Shown piece after piece: positions 59,826 to 64,000 of a stretch of DNA of 64,000 bases. The stretch is taken from assembly GCA_963783375.1 (NCBI GenBank), contig CAWANH010000003.1, forward strand, positions 224,001-288,000, read 5' to 3'. The stretch's first letter is position 1; every line of letters begins with the position of its first letter. This DNA comes from Candidatus Eiseniibacteriota bacterium. Its GTDB lineage: Bacteria; Eisenbacteria; RBG-16-71-46; JABDJR01. The notes under the pieces are model-generated. The model ran no database searches. It was not told where the DNA came from and was given only the letters and a program-made list of their open reading frames with translations. Made by a program: the position numbers and the translations under genes.

Positions 59826-62665
59826 TCATGGAAGGAGCGTCACCCTCCGCGTCTCCCGTTCGGAGCCGGCGGCGAAGCGGAGGAAGTATACCCCCGAACC
59901 CAGCCGCCGACCGTCTCCCCCGAGCGGGGGCCAGATCACCCGGTAGGTCCCCGGCTCCCGGCTCCCCCGGACCAGCCGCGCCGCCCGCCGCCCGCGGACG
60001 TCGAAGAGGTCCAGGGCCACCTCCGAGGCCTCGGCCACGTGGTAGGTGATCCACTCCCCACGCCGGGCATGGATCACCGCGGGCACGCCGTCCGGGAATC
60101 CGCCCGGTCGGGGCGGGTCCGCCTGGATGGTGATCGGGGGGGTGCGCGACGCGAGGTCCGGCCCCCATCGCAGATCGTAGCGAGCGGTCGTCCCGGAGAC
60201 GCCGTCCACCGACCACTCCACCAGGTCCTGGCGGCCCCGGAAGGGAATCACCGCGAGAAGCAGGGACTCCCCACCGCGCTCCCGCATCAGCCGGACCTCC
60301 CCCGCGGCATCGTCGTCCACCACGGGGCGGACGTGGACGTCGAACCGGATCCGGCCGTTCCCGGCCGGGGCGGCGTCCAGGGTCGCGGCGAAGGACGGAT
60401 CCCAGCTCCGCACCACCACGTCGTCCACCGTCCACCCGTCGTAGAGGTTGGATTCCTCCCCGTAGGCGGCGACGAAGTGGAAGCGGAAGAGGGTGGACCC
60501 CTCGATGCCGATCAGCGGCACCCGGACCGGCTCCCAGGCTTCGAGCCTTCCCCCCAGACCGCCGTCCCCGGGTAGGGGTTCCCGTCGGCCAGGGCGAAGG
60601 TCATGGGATATCCCCCGTCCGGGACCAGCATCCGCCAGGTGGCGCCCCCGTCGGTCGATAGCTCCAGGAAGCCCCCGTCCAGAGCATAGTCGCCGTAGCT
60701 CCGCGTGCTCACGGAGTGCTCGAAGCAAAGCTCGGAGTTCCCGGACAGCTCGTACGGTCCGAGCACCAGCCCGCCGTCGGCGCCGGCGGCGGACGTCCAT
60801 CCCGGCACCGCGCGGGCCCGATAGGCCCAGTCCCCGGACGCCGCCCGCTGACTCTCCCGCTTCCAGGTCTGGGGCGCCCCCTCGCGCACCGCCGCCGTCC
60901 GGACCGCGACCGAATCCCTTTCGAACCCCTCCCTCCCCCGGACCGAGGCCCCGGTGGGAAGAGGAGCGGCGAGATCGTAGTCCCGGCCGGGACTTTCCCA
61001 GATCGCTTCGAGCACCACCGGCGCCCCCGACCCCGGCGTCCCGGGCCGCTCCCGGATCGTCCAGAGGGGGCCGGTGTCACGGGTCTCGAACGGGTTCAGG
61101 GCCTCCATGTCGACCGCGGCCGGGCCGGAGATGTCCAGCGCCGGGGCGGGAACCAGGCGCAGGGTCCCGGCGGGAAGGCGGGGGCCGCGATTGGACAGGC
61201 GGAGACGGACCGCGCCTCCCTCCGCCGGCAGATCCGCGAGGAGTCCGCCGGAGGGAAGGACGTCCAGGCGAAGGCGCGGCTCCCGGCCCAGATCCCGTCC
61301 CACCGCCACCGCGGCGCGCATGACCGGGCCGGGCTTTCCGATCCGGCGGATCGCCACCCCGGTCGGGGTCCCGTCGTTGGCGCGGGTGTCGGGGCGGGTG
61401 TTCACGGCCAGGTCCCGCACGCCGAGCGCCCCGGGGAACGCGTCGCCCGGCTCCCCGAGGTTCCGCGGGAACTCCCCCTCCAGGCTCCGGTGGCCGTCAG
61501 CTTCAACCACCCGGATCCGGTAACGGCGGGGATCGCTCTGGGCCGGCACCGCGGTGTCGACGTGGTAGACCAGGAGCCCGTCGGTGGGAAGGTAGTCGTC
61601 GATCCCGGTTCGCCGGCGGTTCTCGGCCAGGAAATACTCGGGACCGGCCTCCCCCCGGGTCCAGAGCTTCAGCACGAAGGGCTCGCCTCCCACCGCGGGG
61701 ATGTCCAGGTCCGGCTCGTCGGCGATGAGGGTGATGGGCTCCGCGAACCCCCACTCGATCCGGGTGAAGGGATCGGGACCGGTTGGATGGGTGGCGTCCA
61801 CCAGCCACATCCCGTAGGCCATGACCGAGAAGTTCCCGAGGCCGTTCCCCCGCACGCTCACGTCGTAGAGATCCTCTCCTCCCAGGACATGCCCGAACTC
61901 GTGGACGGCCACCCCTACGTGGTCGTCGCCGGAGAACATGGCGTAGTCGGGCACGCCGACCGTCCCCACCCGGGTCATGGTGGTCATGGTCCAGTAGTGG
62001 GAGCGAAGGTCGTCGCTTCGACCGGTGCGCTCGGCCCCGTAGCCCGGATAGACCACCAGGAGGCCGTCCAGGATCCCGTCGTCGTCCCCGCTCCCCGGCG
62101 CCCCGTCCGGCCCGTCGTTGTCGAACCGGGTGAAGTCCACCCCGTCCTCCACCGCCGCCCGCACCGCGTCGGCGGCCAGAGCGCGCGCGTTGTGGGGCCA
62201 GCAGGCCCGGCAGAGCCCGGAGCTTCCCCCGGGATAGGAGGCGTAGGGGCTGGGCATCCGATACCAGCCCACGACCTCTCCGGTCACGTCGAACCGGCCG
62301 TAGCTCGCCTCCAGGTAGTAGTCGCGAAGGCTTACCGTGTCCGCCTCGCCGCGGCTGAAGAGCATGCGCCGGTAGGTGGCCGGGGGGTGGACGGCGCGCT
62401 CGGCGGGGCGATCGTCGAAGTCCACCAGGATCACCAGCACCCGGGGGTGGCCGGTCCAGCGTCGCCCCGCGGTCCCCTCCCCCGCCAGGCGGGCGACCCC
62501 GGGGGGAAGGACCGGCTCGCGGGGGAGATCCGCGATCTCAGTGGGCTCCAGGGTCCGCAGGAGTTCCGGGGAGGGCGGTGCGGCCTCGGCGGAGCGCGTC
62601 GCGCCCGCAGGGAGAGCGGCGAGGATCAACCCGAAAACGGCGAGGACAATGACCGGTTTGTTCAT
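59826..62665 (-). CDS. M6 (immune inhibitor A-like) metalloprotease with C-terminal FlgD-Ig/CTD-like domain, frameshifted at a G6 run (60550-60555)
   Basis: Signal peptide; VLVILVDF, HEFGHVLGGEDLYD, SVMAYG, EYFLAENR. Continues in the 59826-60800 frame (GWTVDDV...LFDVRGR...SGVYFLR) if one G is added. Confidence 0.85.
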
Positions 62666-62870
62666 GGGAACCTGAGGCCGGGGCCGTGAGACCAAGGGAG
62701 GGCGCTTTTCGGATCATACAAGCCGGGGGGGACCGGGGCAAACCGGGGCGGGAGCCGGCGCTCGCGGGGCGGCTCCCCCGCCGGGCAGGGGGAGGGCCCG
62801 CCCTCAAGGCCGGGCCTGAAAAGCCGATATACCAGGATGTTGCAGGGACTCCTCCAGCCAAGGAACGGGT

Positions 62871-63095
62871 ATGAAGGCCGAACCAGTCCCAGCCGGAAGT
62901 CGGCTGCTGATCGCTCTCGCGCTCCTTCTCGTGGGCTCCCTCGGGTGCGCGGGCCAGAGGCCGGAGCCGATGACCCAGGCCGAGATCCGCCCGCCGCAGC
63001 CCGGGTCGCGCGCGGTGTGGCTGCCGGGCCACTGGGAGTGGGTCGACCGGGAGAGCGGCTACCGGTGGGTCGAAGGTCACTGGCGGACACCCTGA
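62871..63095 (+). CDS. Small lipoprotein with YXWGXW-type Trp repeats
   Basis: Lipobox SLG-C; PGSRAVWLPGHWEW...GYRWVEGHW. Confidence 0.75.
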   Translation: MKAEPVPAGSRLLIALALLLVGSLGCAGQRPEPMTQAEIRPPQPGSRAVWLPGHWEWVDRESGYRWVEGHWRTP

Positions 63096-63268
63096 TGTGG
63101 TCGATATTCAAAGCCCTGATGATCTACGAGCTGCGCCGGTTCTGGCGTTTGCTCCTCCGTCGTCCCGAACCCCCCGGCCGCTTCGTCCGCTATCGGGAGC
63201 GGATTCGCGTCGAGTCCGGTCCGGTATCGGATCCCGCCGACGACCCCGGCGTCGGCCCGCCCCGATGA
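63095..63268 (+). CDS. Small hypothetical protein (57 aa)
   Basis: TGATG coupling to the upstream lipoprotein; amphipathic MWSIFKALMIYELRRFWRLLL. Confidence 0.45.
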   Translation: MWSIFKALMIYELRRFWRLLLRRPEPPGRFVRYRERIRVESGPVSDPADDPGVGPPR

Positions 63269-63418
63269 AGGGCGATCGCACCTATCCATAATTCATATCG
63301 GCCACCGCCGAACATGGCCGAAAGCCCCTCGTCCTGCTAAGCTGACTTGTTTACCGATAGTCGCCCCCCGCGGGCGGCTTTGATACCTACCCATGGATAT
63401 CGAGAGTTGAACGTGCGT

Positions 63419-63976
63419 ATGCAACCCGGACATCGATTCGCGGTCCTCTTCGCCGCCCTCCTGGCGGTTTCGTCGGGGGCGGCCCTCCTGCCGCTCCCGC
63501 AGCACGGCGCCTCCATCGCCGAGGCCTCGGGGAAGAACGCCGACAAGCCCCCGCTCCTCCGATGGGACCTCCTCCGTCAGACCTTCTACAATCCGCCGTC
63601 CGAGGTGACCTTCCCGGACAGCCTTCGGCTCTACGACGGGAAGAAGGTGAGGATGGAGGGCTACATCATGCCCAACTTCGGATCCCAGGATCAGGCGGAC
63701 CTGCTCCTGACCGGACTCCATCCGCGGAGCCTGTTCTGCGGGCCGACCGACATGACCGCGCTGGTCCAGGTCTACATGCCGGGTTTCGACCCGGTGGGAT
63801 GGCCCACCCTTCCCATCGAGATGGTGGGCACCTTCTTCATCTCCAAGCGCCCGCTGAGCCTGCACGCCATCTACTACATGAACGGAATCTCCTGGCGGCC
63901 GCTGAAGACCTGGGAGCAGGACTTCCCGGGAACGGTGGACGAGTTCCAGTCCGAGCAGGACCTGGGGGACCGGTAG
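63419..63976 (+). CDS. DUF3299-like exported protein
   Basis: Signal peptide; LRWDLL...YDGKKVRMEGYIMP...LLL...FCG...MVGTF...IYYM. Confidence 0.65.
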   Translation: MQPGHRFAVLFAALLAVSSGAALLPLPQHGASIAEASGKNADKPPLLRWDLLRQTFYNPPSEVTFPDSLRLYDGKKVRMEGYIMPNFGSQDQADLLLTGLHPRSLFCGPTDMTALVQVYMPGFDPVGWPTLPIEMVGTFFISKRPLSLHAIYYMNGISWRPLKTWEQDFPGTVDEFQSEQDLGDR

Positions 63977-64000
63977 CCGGCCCGGGGGGACGGCATTCCA

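Overview
High-GC bacterial chromosomal segment with about 55 genes. I recognised no rRNA, canonical tRNA, CRISPR array, integrase or transposase. Gene content points to a diderm organism: LolA, OmpA, lipoproteins, a rhomboid with a DUF6576-like tail, a PorV-like barrel and four signal-peptide proteins ending in FlgD-Ig/T9SS-CTD-like domains. By inference it belongs to an FCB-group candidate lineage (Eisenbacteria/Krumholzibacteriota/Latescibacterota-like). Most of the window is housekeeping: ALDH, ECF ATPases with larC/larB, dusB, tmk, a CDP-alcohol transferase, ltaE, hup, etfBA, a moaD-moaE fusion, ino1, efp, nfeD/stomatin, polX and a HEAT-cyclophilin. Five observations stand out. (1) A 1112-aa secreted protein has a consensus sigma70 promoter, a ~370-nt self-complementary leader that can occlude its SD, and its own terminator, followed by an Ig-repeat lipoprotein operon; this is a candidate surface-layer locus. 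(2) A 71-codon chimeric mini-EF-P ORF sits 1 nt upstream of efp. (3) A self-contained sigma54 module comprises a ligand-less cupredoxin lipoprotein, a sensor kinase, an NtrC-type regulator, a -24/-12 promoter, a 4-repeat helical periplasmic protein and an OM barrel. (4) Several T9SS-like cargo proteins and a PorV-like gene are present. (5) Two genes are broken by an apparent missing G in homopolymer runs. All assignments come from motif recognition by eye; no database searches were run.
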